Shown here one piece after another: positions 1 to 10,638 of a stretch of DNA of 64,000 nucleotides. How positions within the stretch are numbered: position 1 is the stretch's first letter; every line of letters starts with the position of its first letter. The translations under genes and the position numbers were made by a program. The notes under the pieces were generated by a model. The model made no database searches. It was not told where the DNA came from and saw nothing but the letters and a program-made list of their open reading frames with translations. This stretch comes from Bacillus sp. (in: firmicutes) (GTDB taxonomy: Bacteria > Bacillota > Bacilli > Bacillales > Bacillaceae), in NCBI GenBank assembly GCA_031180405.1, contig JAPSLU010000006.1, forward strand, positions 336 to 64,335, written 5' to 3'.

Positions 1-3000
1 CGTTGCCCTTGGTATTTTGCCGAGAAGCGTTGATCCATTGTGAAGTCTGGCGCGTCAGGGAAGCCCCAACGATCACGAATAAGCTGATGTGTACGTTCAG
101 CTAATCCTTCTGCGAGCTCTAATGCTAGCGCCTGAACAGCATGGCTCTTTAGGTAGTCACCTTGCTCTTTAAAGCCTTGGGCAAGCTCACGAATTTGACT
201 TCCCGCTGTCACGGCAAACATCGCAACATAATCAAAGCCGTCCTTTTGTTTTGGACGTACATAGTCCGAGATACAACGATGTGGAAGCTTCTCCTGCCTT
301 GGAAAATCAAATGTTTGCAAAATCGTATTTGTATTTTCCGGATCTAATATATGCAGTTTGTTGCCTTCACTATAGGAAGGAAAAAATTGATATACTGCTG
401 CAGGTTTAAACCATTTTTGTTTAGCACCATCTTTTAAAAGCTCCTGAATAAGCTCTACAAGTTCAACTGCTTTAGGATCCTTTTTTTGTACAAGTTCTTT
501 GATTTTTCCTTTTAATCCTAGGTGATGACCTATAAGCATTTGCATGTTTACATAAGGAATTACTTGTGTAAGGTCCATATCCTTAATAATGTGGCGCTTA
601 GTATCAACTGGCGTAAAAATAGGTGCCTCGCTTACATTTCCGCGCTTAATTAATAAGTCTGTAACAGCTTGTGTTTGTGCTGTCTTAGGTTTGGCCTCTT
701 CTGTTACAGCAGCCTCTTTGGCAGCGAATAATTCAGGTGTTGTTCGTAATTGATTTGCTAAAGATAAACCATCCATAGCATCCTTTGCATATACAACTGG
801 TCCGTTATATTCAGGTGCAATTTTCATTCTCGTGAATTTCCTTGATAATGCTGCACCACCAACTAAAATTGGTACATCACAGTTTGCTTTTTGTAAGTCT
901 TGAGCGGTGATAACCATTTGTTGGGCAGATTTAACAAGTAAACCAGATAGACCAATAAGGTCTGGGTTTTCATCTTTTACAGCTTGAATAAGTGTTTGAG
1001 GCGTTACTTTGATCCCAAGGTCAACGACTCTATAACCATTATTACTTAGTATAATATCTACAAGGTTCTTTCCGATATCATGAACATCACCTTTAACTGT
1101 TGCAAGAAGAATTTTTCCTTTTCCGCTATCATCGCGTTTTTCCATGAATTGCTCTAGGTAAGAAACGGATGCTTTCATCACTTCGGCACTTTGGAGAACC
1201 TCAGCAACAATTAATTGATTATCATTGAATAAAACCCCAACTTCAGCCATGCCTTCCATTAACGGGCCATTTATAATATCAAGTGGCTGAGCGTATTTTT
1301 TTAGAGCCAACTCTAAGTCGGGGATAAGACCTTCTTTTGTACCTTCAACAATATAATTTGCCAGTCTTTCTTCTAACGTTAGATTTTGAACAGGCTTTTT
1401 GTCTTCCTTTTTCTTTCCGCGATAGAAAGCTGTAAATTTTGCTAATGTTTCATCGGTTGTTTTGAATAAAAGGTCTTCAGCCATTTGAATTTCTTCTTTA
1501 GGAATCGAAGCAAATCGCTCTAATTTTTCTGTGTTTACAATCGCATAATCAAGACCAGCCTGTGTACAGTGATACAAGTAAACAGCATTCAGCACTTCAC
1601 GACCAACAGGTGGTAGACCGAAGGAAACGTTACTAACACCAAGAATTGTTAAACATTCAGGTAATTTTTCTTTAATAAGTTGAATACCTTTAACCGTCTC
1701 GTTTGCTGAACCGATATATTGCTCGTCACCAGTTCCCACAGGAAATACTAATGGATCAAAAATTAAGTCACTTGCTTTCAGACCGTGTTTTTTAACGAGG
1801 AGATCATGAGAGCGGATCGCTACTTCAAGTTTCTTTTCAGCAGTTAATGCCATCCCGATTTCGTCAATTGTTCCAACAACGAGTGCTCCGCCATATTTTT
1901 TGACAAGGGGAACAATTGCGTCAAATCGTTCTTCTCCATCCTCAAGGTTGATCGAGTTAATAATGGCCTTACCTTGAGAATATTTTAATGCTCGCTCAAT
2001 AACTTTTTCATCTGTCGAGTCAATAACAAGAGGTGCTTTAACCTTTTTTACTACCTCTTGAATGAAGGCTTCCATATCTTCAAGCTCATCCCTGTCAGGG
2101 TCCGCTAAACAAATATCGATAACATGAGCTCCACTTTTTACTTGTGCTCTTGCAATTTCAGATGCTTCTTCGATTTTTCCTTCTGCAATTAGGCGTTTAA
2201 ACTTTCGAGAACCAATAACGTTTGTACGTTCTCCAACAAATAAAGGGCGCATATCTTCTTCATAAAGGAGGGCATCGATTCCAGATACTGTATGACCGCT
2301 TGAGATTTCTTCCATTTTACGTGGGGAAATCGTTGAAACAGCCTCAGTGATTGCACGGATATGTTCCGGTGTTGTACCACAACAACCACCAACTAAATTC
2401 AACCAGCCTTGCTCGGCAAAAGCAACTAACTTTTTGGCTAAAGATTCAGGTGATTCATGGTAGTTACCTTCTTCATCAGGTAATCCTGCATTAGGATAGC
2501 AGCTAACAGCAGTATTGGCTAATCCTGAGAGGGTACGGATGTGATCTGTCATAAATTCAGGACCTGTTGCACAGTTTAATCCGACTGAAAGTGGCTTCAT
2601 ATGTTCTAAAGACACATAAAAGGCTTCAATATCTTGACCAGCAAGTGTTGTACCCATTGGTTCAATCGTTCCAGAAACCATTAGTGGCAATTCTTTACCT
2701 GTGGTCTCAAAAGCTTGCTGAATACCTAAAAATCCTGCCTTTACGTTTAACATATCTTGACTTGTTTCAAGGAGGAGCAAATCTGCTCCTCCGATGATTA
2801 ATCCTCTTGCTTGTTCTTCATAATTTTCAACTAATGTATCAAAGGTTGTTCCACCAGTAACAGAGAGAGTTTTCGTTGTTGGTCCCATCGCACCGGCAAC
2901 ATATCTTGGTTTTTCAATGGTTGAGAATTTTTCAGCTGCACGTTTGGCAATTTTAGCCGATTCAATATTTAATTCCAATGCCAAACGTCCAAGATCATAT

Positions 3001-3245
3001 TCATCTAAAACAAGACTTGTAGCACCAAAGGTATTGGTAGAAATGATGTCTGAGCCAGCCTCAAGGTAAGCTTCGTGAATAGCTTCAATTGTCTTTGGAG
3101 AAGTAAGAGTTAAATATTCATTACATCCATCATAATCTTCTCCCCCAAAATCCTCAGGTGACAGGTTCGCAGCTTGAATCATTGTACCCATTGCACCGTC
3201 AAGTACAAGTATTCGTTTTTCTAGCTCTTTTTTGATGCTACACAT
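1..3245 (-). CDS. metH: B12-dependent methionine synthase (3' end outside window; absent from the ORF track)
   Basis: Manual minus-strand translation from ATG 3245: [48 protein letters not shown] and the cobalamin motif [13 protein letters not shown]. The start overlaps the yitJ stop. Confidence 0.95.
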   Translation of the reverse strand, partial: MCSIKKELEKRILVLDGAMGTMIQAANLSPEDFGGEDYDGCNEYLTLTSPKTIEAIHEAYLEAGSDIISTNTFGATSLVLDEYDLGRLALELNIESAKIAKRAAEKFSTIEKPRYVAGAMGPTTKTLSVTGGTTFDTLVENYEEQARGLIIGGADLLLLETSQDMLNVKAGFLGIQQAFETTGKELPLMVSGTIEPMGTTLAGQDIEAFYVSLEHMKPLSVGLNCATGPEFMTDHIRTLSGLANTAVSCYPNAGLPDEEGNYHESPESLAKKLVAFAEQGWLNLVGGCCGTTPEHIRAITEAVSTISPRKMEEISSGHTVSGIDALLYEEDMRPLFVGERTNVIGSRKFKRLIAEGKIEEASEIARAQVKSGAHVIDICLADPDRDELEDMEAFIQEVVKKVKAPLVIDSTDEKVIERALKYSQGKAIINSINLEDGEERFDAIVPLVKKYGGALVVGTIDEIGMALTAEKKLEVAIRSHDLLVKKHGLKASDLIFDPLVFPVGTGDEQYIGSANETVKGIQLIKEKLPECLTILGVSNVSFGLPPVGREVLNAVYLYHCTQAGLDYAIVNTEKLERFASIPKEEIQMAEDLLFKTTDETLAKFTAFYRGKKKEDKKPVQNLTLEERLANYIVEGTKEGLIPDLELALKKYAQPLDIINGPLMEGMAEVGVLFNDNQLIVAEVLQSAEVMKASVSYLEQFMEKRDDSGKGKILLATVKGDVHDIGKNLVDIILSNNGYRVVDLGIKVTPQTLIQAVKDENPDLIGLSGLLVKSAQQMVITAQDLQKANCDVPILVGGAALSRKFTRMKIAPEYNGPVVYAKDAMDGLSLANQLRTTPELFAAKEAAVTEEAKPKTAQTQAVTDLLIKRGNVSEAPIFTPVDTKRHIIKDMDLTQVIPYVNMQMLIGHHLGLKGKIKELVQKKDPKAVELVELIQELLKDGAKQKWFKPAAVYQFFPSYSEGNKLHILDPENTNTILQTFDFPRQEKLPHRCISDYVRPKQKDGFDYVAMFAVTAGSQIRELAQGFKEQGDYLKSHAVQALALELAEGLAERTHQLIRDRWGFPDAPDFTMDQRFSAKYQGQ

Positions 3246-5091
3246 GTGTGATCTTCCTTTCAGCACGCTGTTTTTCCTTTTCATGGATGTAATTTGTTAA
3301 TTCCACTGTAAGGTCGTATTGTAAAAATGGTGTAATTAAATAAATTCCATTAAATAGATCAAAGGCTGTATCGATTAAATCTTTTGCAATCGAAAGGCCT
3401 TCTTGAAGTGATTGCTCTTTATCCGTTCCAGCTTTAGCCATTGTTTCACGAATTGAATCAGATAGCTTAATACCTGGTATTTCGTTATGGATAAATTCGG
3501 CATTTCGGCTAGACGTTAATGGCATAATACCGATATAGATCGGAGCTTGTAGATTCCGAGTTGCTTCATATACATCAATAATTTGTTGATTTGAGTATAA
3601 TGGTTGGGAAATAAAGTAATCTGCACCATGAGCAATTTTCTTTTCAAGCCGTACGACTGCTTTATCTAAGTGACGAACGTTTGGGTTAAACGCTGCTGCA
3701 ACAGAAAAATTAGTTTGTTGTCCAAGTGGTTTTCCTGAATAGGATACACCTTTATTGAATTGCTTAATTAAACTGATTAAGTCAAAAGATGATACATCGT
3801 AAACAGATGTAGCTCCAGGGAAGTCACCAATTTTAGATGGATCACCAGTAATCGCTAATACATCTGACATACCAAGAGAGTGTAAGCCCATGAGATGTGA
3901 TTGAAGACCGATTAAATTTCGATCGCGACATGTAATATGAATTAAAGTTCTTGCACCTGTTTTTTCTTTTGCTAGAATTCCAGCTGCTAGATTACTAATT
4001 CTTGGTGATGCTAATGAATTATCAGCGAGTGTCAATGCATCAATTCCTGCGTCATGTAGCGCTTGTGCTCCCTTAAGGAATTTCTCCATTCCTAGTTTTT
4101 TAGGAGGATCTAATTCTACGATAACAGAACGTCTTTCTAGTACAATTTCCTCCAGTGGAGGTAAGGAATTTGCTTGGTTTTCACGAATATTTACTTGAGC
4201 AGCTTTTGGTATCTTCACTTGTTTTGTCGTAACTGGGGCTAAACCTGAGACAGCTTCAGCCATTGCCTTTATATGTTTAGGGGTTGTGCCACAGCATCCA
4301 CCTATTAATCTCACACCTTGCTCTCTGAACTTTAGAGCACTTTCTTTAAAATAGGTTTCATCAGATTCATAAACAAGACGACCTTCATTTAGTGAAGGTA
4401 AACTACTATTCGGGAATACAGAGAGAAAAGCTTGTTCAGGTATCGGAGCTTCTTCTAATGATTGAATCATATGGTATGGACCCAGACGACAGTTTAACCC
4501 CACAACATTTGCACCAAGATCTTCAAGAATAGTGAAACCTTCTTTCAGTGATGTCCCATCCTGCAGGACACCTGCTTCATGAAGGGACACATTTGCAATA
4601 ATCGGTTTATTCGTTTCCTTACGAGCAATTTGAAGTACTGTCTTCATTTCTTCCATATCATAATAGGTTTCAAGTAGAAGGCCGTCTACATCTTCATTAA
4701 GAAGGATATAAAGCTGCTCTCTGAAATTTCTCTTTATTTCTTCAAGACTATGAGCACTCTTTTTGAATGCTCGGACTCCACCAATTGTTCCGAATACATA
4801 AGTTGATTGGGCAGCAGCTTTTTTCGCAATTTCTACTGCTTTTTTGTTAATTTGTCTGATTTCATCTTCTAATCCATAACGAGAAAGCTTAATGTCGTTA
4901 GCACCATATGTGTTTGTTTGAATTAGGTTTGCTCCCGCTTCGATATATGCTTGATGAACAGCAAGTACATCGTCTGGCTTAGATAAGTTTAACTCTTCAA
5001 AACAACGATCAACACCATGGGCATATAGCATCGTTCCCATCGCACCATCACCAATTAAAATCTTAGATTTTAAATCTTCTAAAAAACTCAT
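3238..5091 (-). CDS. yitJ: Bifunctional homocysteine S-methyltransferase / methylenetetrahydrofolate reductase
   Basis: N-terminal HMT domain ([15 protein letters not shown]) fused to an MTHFR domain ([15 protein letters not shown]); 617 aa; SAM riboswitch upstream. Confidence 0.95.
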   Translation of the reverse strand: MSFLEDLKSKILIGDGAMGTMLYAHGVDRCFEELNLSKPDDVLAVHQAYIEAGANLIQTNTYGANDIKLSRYGLEDEIRQINKKAVEIAKKAAAQSTYVFGTIGGVRAFKKSAHSLEEIKRNFREQLYILLNEDVDGLLLETYYDMEEMKTVLQIARKETNKPIIANVSLHEAGVLQDGTSLKEGFTILEDLGANVVGLNCRLGPYHMIQSLEEAPIPEQAFLSVFPNSSLPSLNEGRLVYESDETYFKESALKFREQGVRLIGGCCGTTPKHIKAMAEAVSGLAPVTTKQVKIPKAAQVNIRENQANSLPPLEEIVLERRSVIVELDPPKKLGMEKFLKGAQALHDAGIDALTLADNSLASPRISNLAAGILAKEKTGARTLIHITCRDRNLIGLQSHLMGLHSLGMSDVLAITGDPSKIGDFPGATSVYDVSSFDLISLIKQFNKGVSYSGKPLGQQTNFSVAAAFNPNVRHLDKAVVRLEKKIAHGADYFISQPLYSNQQIIDVYEATRNLQAPIYIGIMPLTSSRNAEFIHNEIPGIKLSDSIRETMAKAGTDKEQSLQEGLSIAKDLIDTAFDLFNGIYLITPFLQYDLTVELTNYIHEKEKQRAERKITHV

Positions 5092-5156
5092 TTGAATAGC
5101 CCCCGATCTATGGAAATGATAGTAAAGTAAGTTTTTAAAATGAAGGACAGAATAAT

Positions 5157-5184
5157 AAAAAAAAGCCTTCTCAAGAAGAAGGCT
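5157..5184 (-). terminator. Intrinsic terminator of the SAM riboswitch expression platform
   Basis: Stem AGCCTTCT/AGAAGGCT followed by a U-run on the minus strand. Confidence 0.85.
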
Positions 5185-5203
5185 AAAACGTCATAAGCTT
5201 CTC

Positions 5204-5547
5204 CTTATCTTTCAAGCATCTTACATGCTTAGCTGGAATTAGCACCTTGGCACTCGCAGAAGTCTTAGTGGGGTGTAGGAATTGATTAACTGTCTTTTTA
5301 AAAGATGACCCTAAATTAGTGTTGTGTATTGTCCTTTAGCACTTGCAAGCCAGGGAAAAATAATGAAAAATGCTTCGAAAAAACAAGTAGGCTTTGTTCG
5401 GAGTCATTTTTCATCATTTTTCTATGCAAAAGGAAAATTACTTAGGGTAATCTACTTAATAGTCAAACAATGTACACCAGATCTTCACTCGTTATGAACC
5501 GGTTGCTGAAGCGTCATAGGGCCAGTCCCTCAGCTTCTCTTGATAAG
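5204..5547 (-). ncRNA. SAM-I (S-box) riboswitch with greatly enlarged P3
   Basis: Minus strand reads CTTATCAAGAGAAGCTGAGGGACTGGCCCTATGACGCTTCAGCAACC ...254 nt... GGTGCTAATTCCAGC...GAAAGATAAG, i.e. the S-box core motifs, upstream of yitJ-metH. Confidence 0.9.
5251..5491. repeat. Long imperfect palindrome inside SAM-I P3, flanked by a CACTCG direct repeat
   Basis: Arm pairs 5272-5291/5461-5478, 5308-5314/5442-5448 and 5355-5372/5405-5422; CACTCG at 5251-5256 and 5486-5491. Confidence 0.75.
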
Positions 5548-5919
5548 ATATGAATTTTTCAGAATAACTTTAACGCATTAAAAAGTATTACAACTAATTT
5601 ATCTAATATTATGAAAAATATCAATAGTAAAATAGGAATTTGGCTAAAATAACTGATAATTGGCAGAATTTTTATTGGGTGGGATGGTGGAATTTACCAT
5701 TTTTGGACCTTTATATGATTATGAAGAGAAAATGAATTTATTCCTCTTGATAAATTTGATTAGGTCCTGATTTCAATTGATTGCAAAAGGTTTTCTAGTA
5801 AGTCGAAGCCGTTTTTGTGTATTTTCTTATTCTTTGTAAAACCTAAGCTATTTGTTGCGGAGCCAAGTAGAAATTAGCTAGGGCCAGACTAAGTGAGCTC
5901 TAGCCCCTGTGAAATTAGT

Positions 5920-6411
5920 TTATCGGTAATTAATAAATTGGACATCGATAGGTAAGTCTGCTCCTTTAATAGCAGCGATTACTTGCTGAAGATCATCTCG
6001 GCTCTTGCCTGTGACACGGATTTGGTCATCTTGGATTTGGGTTTTTACTTTTAATCCACTGTCTTTAATAATGCCATTAATCTTTTTTGCATTGTCTTTA
6101 TCAATGCCTGAAACTAATTCAGCTCGTTGACGAACAGTACCACCTGAAGCGTTCTCAACTTTTTTGTATGAGATATTTTTTATTGGAACATCCCGTTTAA
6201 TTAGTTTTGAAATAAGAACATCCTTTAATTGTTCAAGCTTGTACTCATCATCTGAAACTAGAACAAGCTCTTCTTTTTCTAATGAAACCGTACTTTTACT
6301 GCCTTTAAAGTCATATCTTGTGGCAATTTCCTTCATTGCTATGTTGATTGCATTTGTTACTTCAGGAAACTCAATCTTTGATACAATATCAAATGAACTA
6401 TCTTTGGCCAT
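5920..6411 (-). CDS. yajQ: YajQ-family nucleotide/c-di-GMP-binding protein (YitK)
   Basis: SFDIVS N-terminus, [32 protein letters not shown]-terminus. Confidence 0.95.
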   Translation of the reverse strand: MAKDSSFDIVSKIEFPEVTNAINIAMKEIATRYDFKGSKSTVSLEKEELVLVSDDEYKLEQLKDVLISKLIKRDVPIKNISYKKVENASGGTVRQRAELVSGIDKDNAKKINGIIKDSGLKVKTQIQDDQIRVTGKSRDDLQQVIAAIKGADLPIDVQFINYR

Positions 6412-6523
6412 AATTATCCTCCATTACGTATATAATATAGGTTGATTATAGTAAAATAAAACAATGATCACAACTTTTACATTGGTGAATGTGTGAAATC
6501 TTGTAAGAGTTGTTTTACTTTAA

Positions 6524-6708
6524 GACTTTTTTCGAAAGATTGTTGTTCTTTACTTTGAACAAAACCACTTTTAGGATGATTGTAGACGGATATGCGAGAC
6601 TCCTGCGGGAGAAGCTCACCGCCCGCCCCGCGGAAAGCAAGCAACCTGGAGCGGAAATCAACCATTCCCTATACTTGTTATATGGCAACAATGTTTACGA
6701 AAACAGTC
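6524..6708. mobile_element. MITE of the GGC..GCC TIR family carrying a deleted Bacillaceae-1-like core
   Basis: TIRs GACTTTTTTCGAAAGATTGTTG / CAACAATGTTTACGAAAACAGTC; flanks TACTTTAA/TACTTTAT; internal GCGAGACTCCTGCGGGA..GCTCACCGCCCGCCCCGCGGAAAGC..GGAGCGGAAATCAAC. Confidence 0.75.
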
Positions 6709-6738
6709 TACTTTATAGAAGAAAGAGAGGATACATAT

Positions 6739-7590
6739 ATGATCCCAGGTACATTTGCAACATTAACAATAGATGAAAAGGTTGATTTCGGTTACTTTCT
6801 AACAGATGGAAAAGAGCGAGTGCTTTTACATAATAATGAAGTGATTGGAGAAGTCGAAGAAGGCGATAAGGTCGAGGTCTTTTTTGGCGTTGATGCACAA
6901 GATCGACTGTATGCCACGATGAAAAAACCATACATTACAGAAGACACATACGGGTGGGTAGAGGTTGTAGACATCGTAGAAGATATGGGAGCATTTGTGA
7001 ATATCGGGTTAAGTAAAGATGCTCTTGTTGCAAAAGATCACCTTCCTTTTTTGAGAGAGGTTTGGCCGAATGTAGGGGACAAGCTCTATTGCACATTAAA
7101 GGTTTCAGGAAATGGTCGCTTCTTTGTTAGGTTAGCAACAGAAGAGATCGTCGAGCCACTTATGAAGAAAGCAGATCGTTCTTCATTTAATAAAGAGGTA
7201 AAAGGAACGGTTTACAGAATGATAGTGGCTGGATCCTTTATTTTAACAGAAGAAGGATATAAGGGGTTCATTCATTCATCTCAGCGTGAAGTGGAACCAA
7301 GACTAGGTGAGACGGTTACTGGGAGAGTCATTGATGTGAAAGAGGATGGAACCATTAATGTTTCACTCCTTCCGCGTAAGCATGAAGCACAAGGTGGAGA
7401 TGCCGAAAGAATTTATGCGTACATGCAAGAAAGAAATGGTGCGATGCCATTTACGGACAAAAGTGACCCAGATGATATAAAAGAAAGGTTTAACCTTAGT
7501 AAGGGAGCATTTAAAAGAGCATTAGGCCATTTAATGAAAAATGGTCGAGTGTATCAAAAGGATGGTTGGACTTACTTTAAAGAAGATTAA
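6739..7590 (+). CDS. cvfB: CvfB/YitL S1-domain RNA-binding protein
   Basis: Repeated S1 domains (DFGYFL, GAFVNIGL) and a winged-helix end (SKGAFKRALGHL). RBS AGAGAGGA precedes ATG 6739; the longer 6592 start lies inside a repeat. Confidence 0.9.
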   Translation: MIPGTFATLTIDEKVDFGYFLTDGKERVLLHNNEVIGEVEEGDKVEVFFGVDAQDRLYATMKKPYITEDTYGWVEVVDIVEDMGAFVNIGLSKDALVAKDHLPFLREVWPNVGDKLYCTLKVSGNGRFFVRLATEEIVEPLMKKADRSSFNKEVKGTVYRMIVAGSFILTEEGYKGFIHSSQREVEPRLGETVTGRVIDVKEDGTINVSLLPRKHEAQGGDAERIYAYMQERNGAMPFTDKSDPDDIKERFNLSKGAFKRALGHLMKNGRVYQKDGWTYFKED

Positions 7591-7701
7591 ATAGATAGAA
7601 TGAAAAAAATTAAGTGCTGTATAAAGAAGAGGATGGCTCAAAAACGAGTCATCCTCTTAGAATTTCAGTAAGTTTAACTTTACTAACTAAGTAACGTTTT
7701 G

Positions 7702-7816
7702 GCTCTAGCGCCTAGCCCCGAAGCACAGCACGTCACGCTTTTAACTGCCTCTAGGCATAAGACGATTTAGAATTGAAGGCAAGTACGCGTGGGGCAATCA
7801 AGGCGCTAGCGCTTTG
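7702..7816. repeat. Degenerate CTAGC..GGCGC-CGCTTT hairpin repeat
   Basis: GCTCTAGCGCCTAGCCCC...CAAGGCGCTAGCGCTTTG; same ends as the copies at 11796 and 44791. Confidence 0.6.
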
Positions 7817-7817
7817 A

Positions 7818-7949
7818 TCAAATATGATCTGTTTTCTTAGAATATTGTCTTTCGCCCTTTTGGCGATTCTTTTCACGCATCATATTTTTTTCATGACGCT
7901 TGGCATTGTTGTCTTGTGCTTTTTTATCATTATCACTTGTATGTGGCAT
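7818..7949 (-). CDS. Small basic 43-aa protein (DUF3941-like), below the ORF-track cutoff
   Basis: MPHTSDNDKKAQDNNAKRHEKNMMREKNRQKGERQYSKKTDHI*; RBS GAAAGGAG; SigF-like ACATA-N15-GGGAATGATA upstream. Confidence 0.75.
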   Translation of the reverse strand: MPHTSDNDKKAQDNNAKRHEKNMMREKNRQKGERQYSKKTDHI

Positions 7950-8010
7950 GATGGAGCTCCTTTCATACGAATGTAAGCTTATCATTCCCAAATAAAAATG
8001 CTCCTATGTG

Positions 8011-8868
8011 CTAGAGCTCATCATTTAAAAAGAATATCGCAAGTGTCCCAGGTCCAGAGTGGGCACCAATTACTGCTCCAACAAGATTCACATAAACCTC
8101 TTTTGGTGAAAATGCCTCTTGAATCATGGCTTTCATTTCATTTGCAGCTTCTTCATCATCACCATGGCTAATGGCAATTGTTTGGTTTTCAAGGTTTACC
8201 CCGCGTTCTTTCATAATTTCAATGATTCTTCTAAACACTTTTTTACGACCTCTAATTTTTTCAAGTGGCACAAGTTTGCCATCTTCAACATGAAGAAGTG
8301 GCTTGATATTTAATAAACCGCCGACAAAGGCAGAGGCTTTGCTTATTCTACCCCCGCGGGCTAAGTATTCTAAGTTATCGACAGTGAAAATATGTTCGAC
8401 CTTTTGACAATAACTTCTTACGGCTCCATCTATATCTGAAAGAGACTTCCCGCTACTAGCAAGCTCAGCGGCATATTTAACAACTAATCCACATCCTAGT
8501 GAGGCGCATTTTGTGTCTATGATTGATAATTCAAACTCAGGGAATTCTTCTAGCACCTCATTTCGAATCATCATCGCGGTTTGATATGTTCCGGAAAGCT
8601 CAGAGGAAAAACAAACGTATACGCTAGGAACTCCTTTTTTTGCAAGGTCTGTAAACACATCTTTAAATAAGGATGGAGAAATTTGAGAAGTTCTTACTAA
8701 AGTACCCTCTCGCATTGAATCATAGAGTTGTTTTGGCTTAATCTCTTTTTGGTCTTCTAACTGTTTTCCTTCAATTTCAACACTTAAAGGCAGAAACGTA
8801 ATGGAATTTTCTTCGAAAAATTCAAATGGTAAATCTGAAGCACTGTCAGCTAAAATGTGAACATTCAT
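8011..8868 (-). CDS. yitS: DegV/FakB fatty-acid-binding protein (YitS)
   Basis: DSASDL, TSQIS, SSELSGTYQ, LEYLARGGRIS, LNIKPLL, GAHSGPG. Confidence 0.93.
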   Translation of the reverse strand: MNVHILADSASDLPFEFFEENSITFLPLSVEIEGKQLEDQKEIKPKQLYDSMREGTLVRTSQISPSLFKDVFTDLAKKGVPSVYVCFSSELSGTYQTAMMIRNEVLEEFPEFELSIIDTKCASLGCGLVVKYAAELASSGKSLSDIDGAVRSYCQKVEHIFTVDNLEYLARGGRISKASAFVGGLLNIKPLLHVEDGKLVPLEKIRGRKKVFRRIIEIMKERGVNLENQTIAISHGDDEEAANEMKAMIQEAFSPKEVYVNLVGAVIGAHSGPGTLAIFFLNDEL

Positions 8869-8972
8869 TTTAACACCTCATTAAACTCAATATATAGATA
8901 TATATGCTGTAATCTTCAAAACAAGCTGTATATGTTTAGTTTATCATTCTAAGGGTAAAAAACAATCTTTGT

Positions 8973-8996
8973 GTTCAATTCATGGAAGTTGGGAAA
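8973..8996 (+). promoter_or_regulatory. Putative SigB promoter of yitT
   Basis: GTTCAA-N12-GGGAAA upstream of yitT. Confidence 0.5.
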
Positions 8997-9087
8997 AACT
9001 AGAGAACAGAAACTTATAAATAGTAATAAAATTTGATTACCTTTACGTTCACAACAAAAGGACTTTATATATCAAGGAGGAGAATAG

Positions 9088-9930
9088 ATGCTAAAAAATG
9101 AAACAATGAAAGTTATTGTCGTCATCATTGGGGCATTTTTAAATGCTGTTGGGTTAAATATGTTTTTAATACCTGCAAATGTATATGCAAGTGGTTTTAC
9201 AGGGATTGCTCAGCTTCTCTCAAGTATTATCATGGATAATACACCGTTTTTTATTTCAACCGGTGTGTTATTATTACTCTTGAATATTCCTGTTGCTATT
9301 TTAGGCTGGTTAAAGGTAGGGAGGTCCTTTACTTTATATAGCTTTTTTAGCGTAGCGGCAACAACTGTTTTTTTAGGATTAGTTCCTTTACATTCGTTTT
9401 CAGAAGATATTTTATTAAATGCTGTTTTTGGTGGAGTGATCGTTGCTGTTGGTGTTGGGATGACCTTAAAATATGGTGCCTCAACAGGGGGACTTGATAT
9501 TATTGCGATGGTGCTTTCACGAATGAAAGATAAGCCAGTAGGGACGTATTTCTTTCTGTTTAACTCTATTATTATCCTCACAGCGGGTTTATTATATGGT
9601 TGGGAGAAGGCTTTATACACATTAGTATCTTTATATGTATCAACAAGGGTGATTGATGCGATTCACACTAGACATGAAAAATTAACGGCGATGGTCATAA
9701 CAAAGAAGGCGGATTCTTTAAAAAAGGCCATTCATTCCCGTTTAGTCAGAGGGATTACAATGATTCCTGCAAAAGGTGCATTTACGAATGAACCAAAAGA
9801 TATGCTTATTATCGTAATCACCAGATATGAACTTTATGACCTTGAAAAAATTATTAAGGAAGAAGATCCGAATGCTTTTACAAATATTGTTCAAACAACA
9901 GGTATTTTTGGCTTCTTCAGAAAGGAGTAG
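9088..9930 (+). CDS. yitT: YitT-family membrane protein
   Basis: Multiple TM segments, GASTGGLDII motif, DUF2179-type C-terminus (RGIT..KGAFT, EDPNAF). Confidence 0.92.
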   Translation: MLKNETMKVIVVIIGAFLNAVGLNMFLIPANVYASGFTGIAQLLSSIIMDNTPFFISTGVLLLLLNIPVAILGWLKVGRSFTLYSFFSVAATTVFLGLVPLHSFSEDILLNAVFGGVIVAVGVGMTLKYGASTGGLDIIAMVLSRMKDKPVGTYFFLFNSIIILTAGLLYGWEKALYTLVSLYVSTRVIDAIHTRHEKLTAMVITKKADSLKKAIHSRLVRGITMIPAKGAFTNEPKDMLIIVITRYELYDLEKIIKEEDPNAFTNIVQTTGIFGFFRKE

Positions 9931-9937
9931 GTAAGAG

Positions 9938-10420
9938 ATGAAAATAGCCATATTGTTAATCGTATTAATTTCTCTACTGACAATCACAGGCTGCTCTACT
10001 GAGAACAAAGGTAATGCAGAAGAAATCAATCAAGAAGAAGTAGAGGTGCATGAAGTTATGAGCGAGGAGCTTGAATTAAATTTCAGCGTTATACCTTCAT
10101 TGAAAGAAACACAATTTATTATTAGTTTAACAAACCAATCAGATGAGATGAAAAAGCTTGAATTTCATAGCAGTCAAAAATATGAAATTGTCGTTACTAA
10201 TGATAAAGGTGAAGAAGTGTTTACTTATTCAAAGGGGAAGATGTTTTCGCAAGCTCTTGACGTTGCATTAATAAAGTCAGGTGAAAGTATGGAGTGGGAA
10301 GAAGTTTGGGAACATGAAAAATTACCGCCAGGTCCATATAAGGCAAAAGTAACCATTTTATCGCATCAGTCTGAAAACCTTACAATGGAAAGTGAATGGA
10401 CTGTCCCTTCAGACAATTAG
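9938..10420 (+). CDS. Lipoprotein with a BsuPI/Ipi-like proteinase-inhibitor domain
   Basis: Lipobox ITG|C; domain motifs LEFHSSQKYEIVV, YSKGKMFSQAL, PGPYKA; lies at the ipi position after yitT. Confidence 0.75.
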   Translation: MKIAILLIVLISLLTITGCSTENKGNAEEINQEEVEVHEVMSEELELNFSVIPSLKETQFIISLTNQSDEMKKLEFHSSQKYEIVVTNDKGEEVFTYSKGKMFSQALDVALIKSGESMEWEEVWEHEKLPPGPYKAKVTILSHQSENLTMESEWTVPSDN

Positions 10421-10443
10421 ACTGAAGGGCAGTCCATCTATTT

Positions 10444-10638
10444 TTAGATCGACTCAATTGTTTGTTGAAACTCTCTTAATTGTGCTCTCTCGGCATCAGT
10501 GCAATTAGCATATGCTGAAGATAATGCATTTTTAGCTTTCATCAGTGCTTCATCTTTATCACCTTGCTGAGAACCAGAGGCAACTGAATTTGCATATGCG
10601 ACAGCTTCACGTGCTTGTTGGAATAATGCATTGCTCAT
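10444..10638 (-). CDS. yizC: YizC / DUF3813-like small protein
   Basis: LFQQAREAV...AKNALSSAYAN..AERAQL; synteny. Confidence 0.8.
   Translation of the reverse strand: MSNALFQQAREAVAYANSVASGSQQGDKDEALMKAKNALSSAYANCTDAERAQLREFQQTIESI

Noticed and set aside
162-2797. Short ORFs at 162, 2189 and 2567
   Set aside because: Shadow frames of metH, which occupies 1-3245 on the minus strand.
5251-5491. Self-splicing intron or second aptamer inside the SAM-I riboswitch
   Set aside because: I could not recognise group I/II motifs or another riboswitch core; the insert reads as a simple nested palindrome.
5552-5568. CodY-like box upstream of the SAM riboswitch
   Set aside because: Only a partial match in very AT-rich DNA.
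6592-6738. 49-codon N-terminal extension of cvfB in the ORF track
   Set aside because: It lies inside the MITE/Bacillaceae-1 repeat and has no RBS; a good RBS precedes ATG 6739.
6477-6776. Short ORFs 6477-6665 (-) and 6510-6776 (+)
   Set aside because: Translations of the repeat element.
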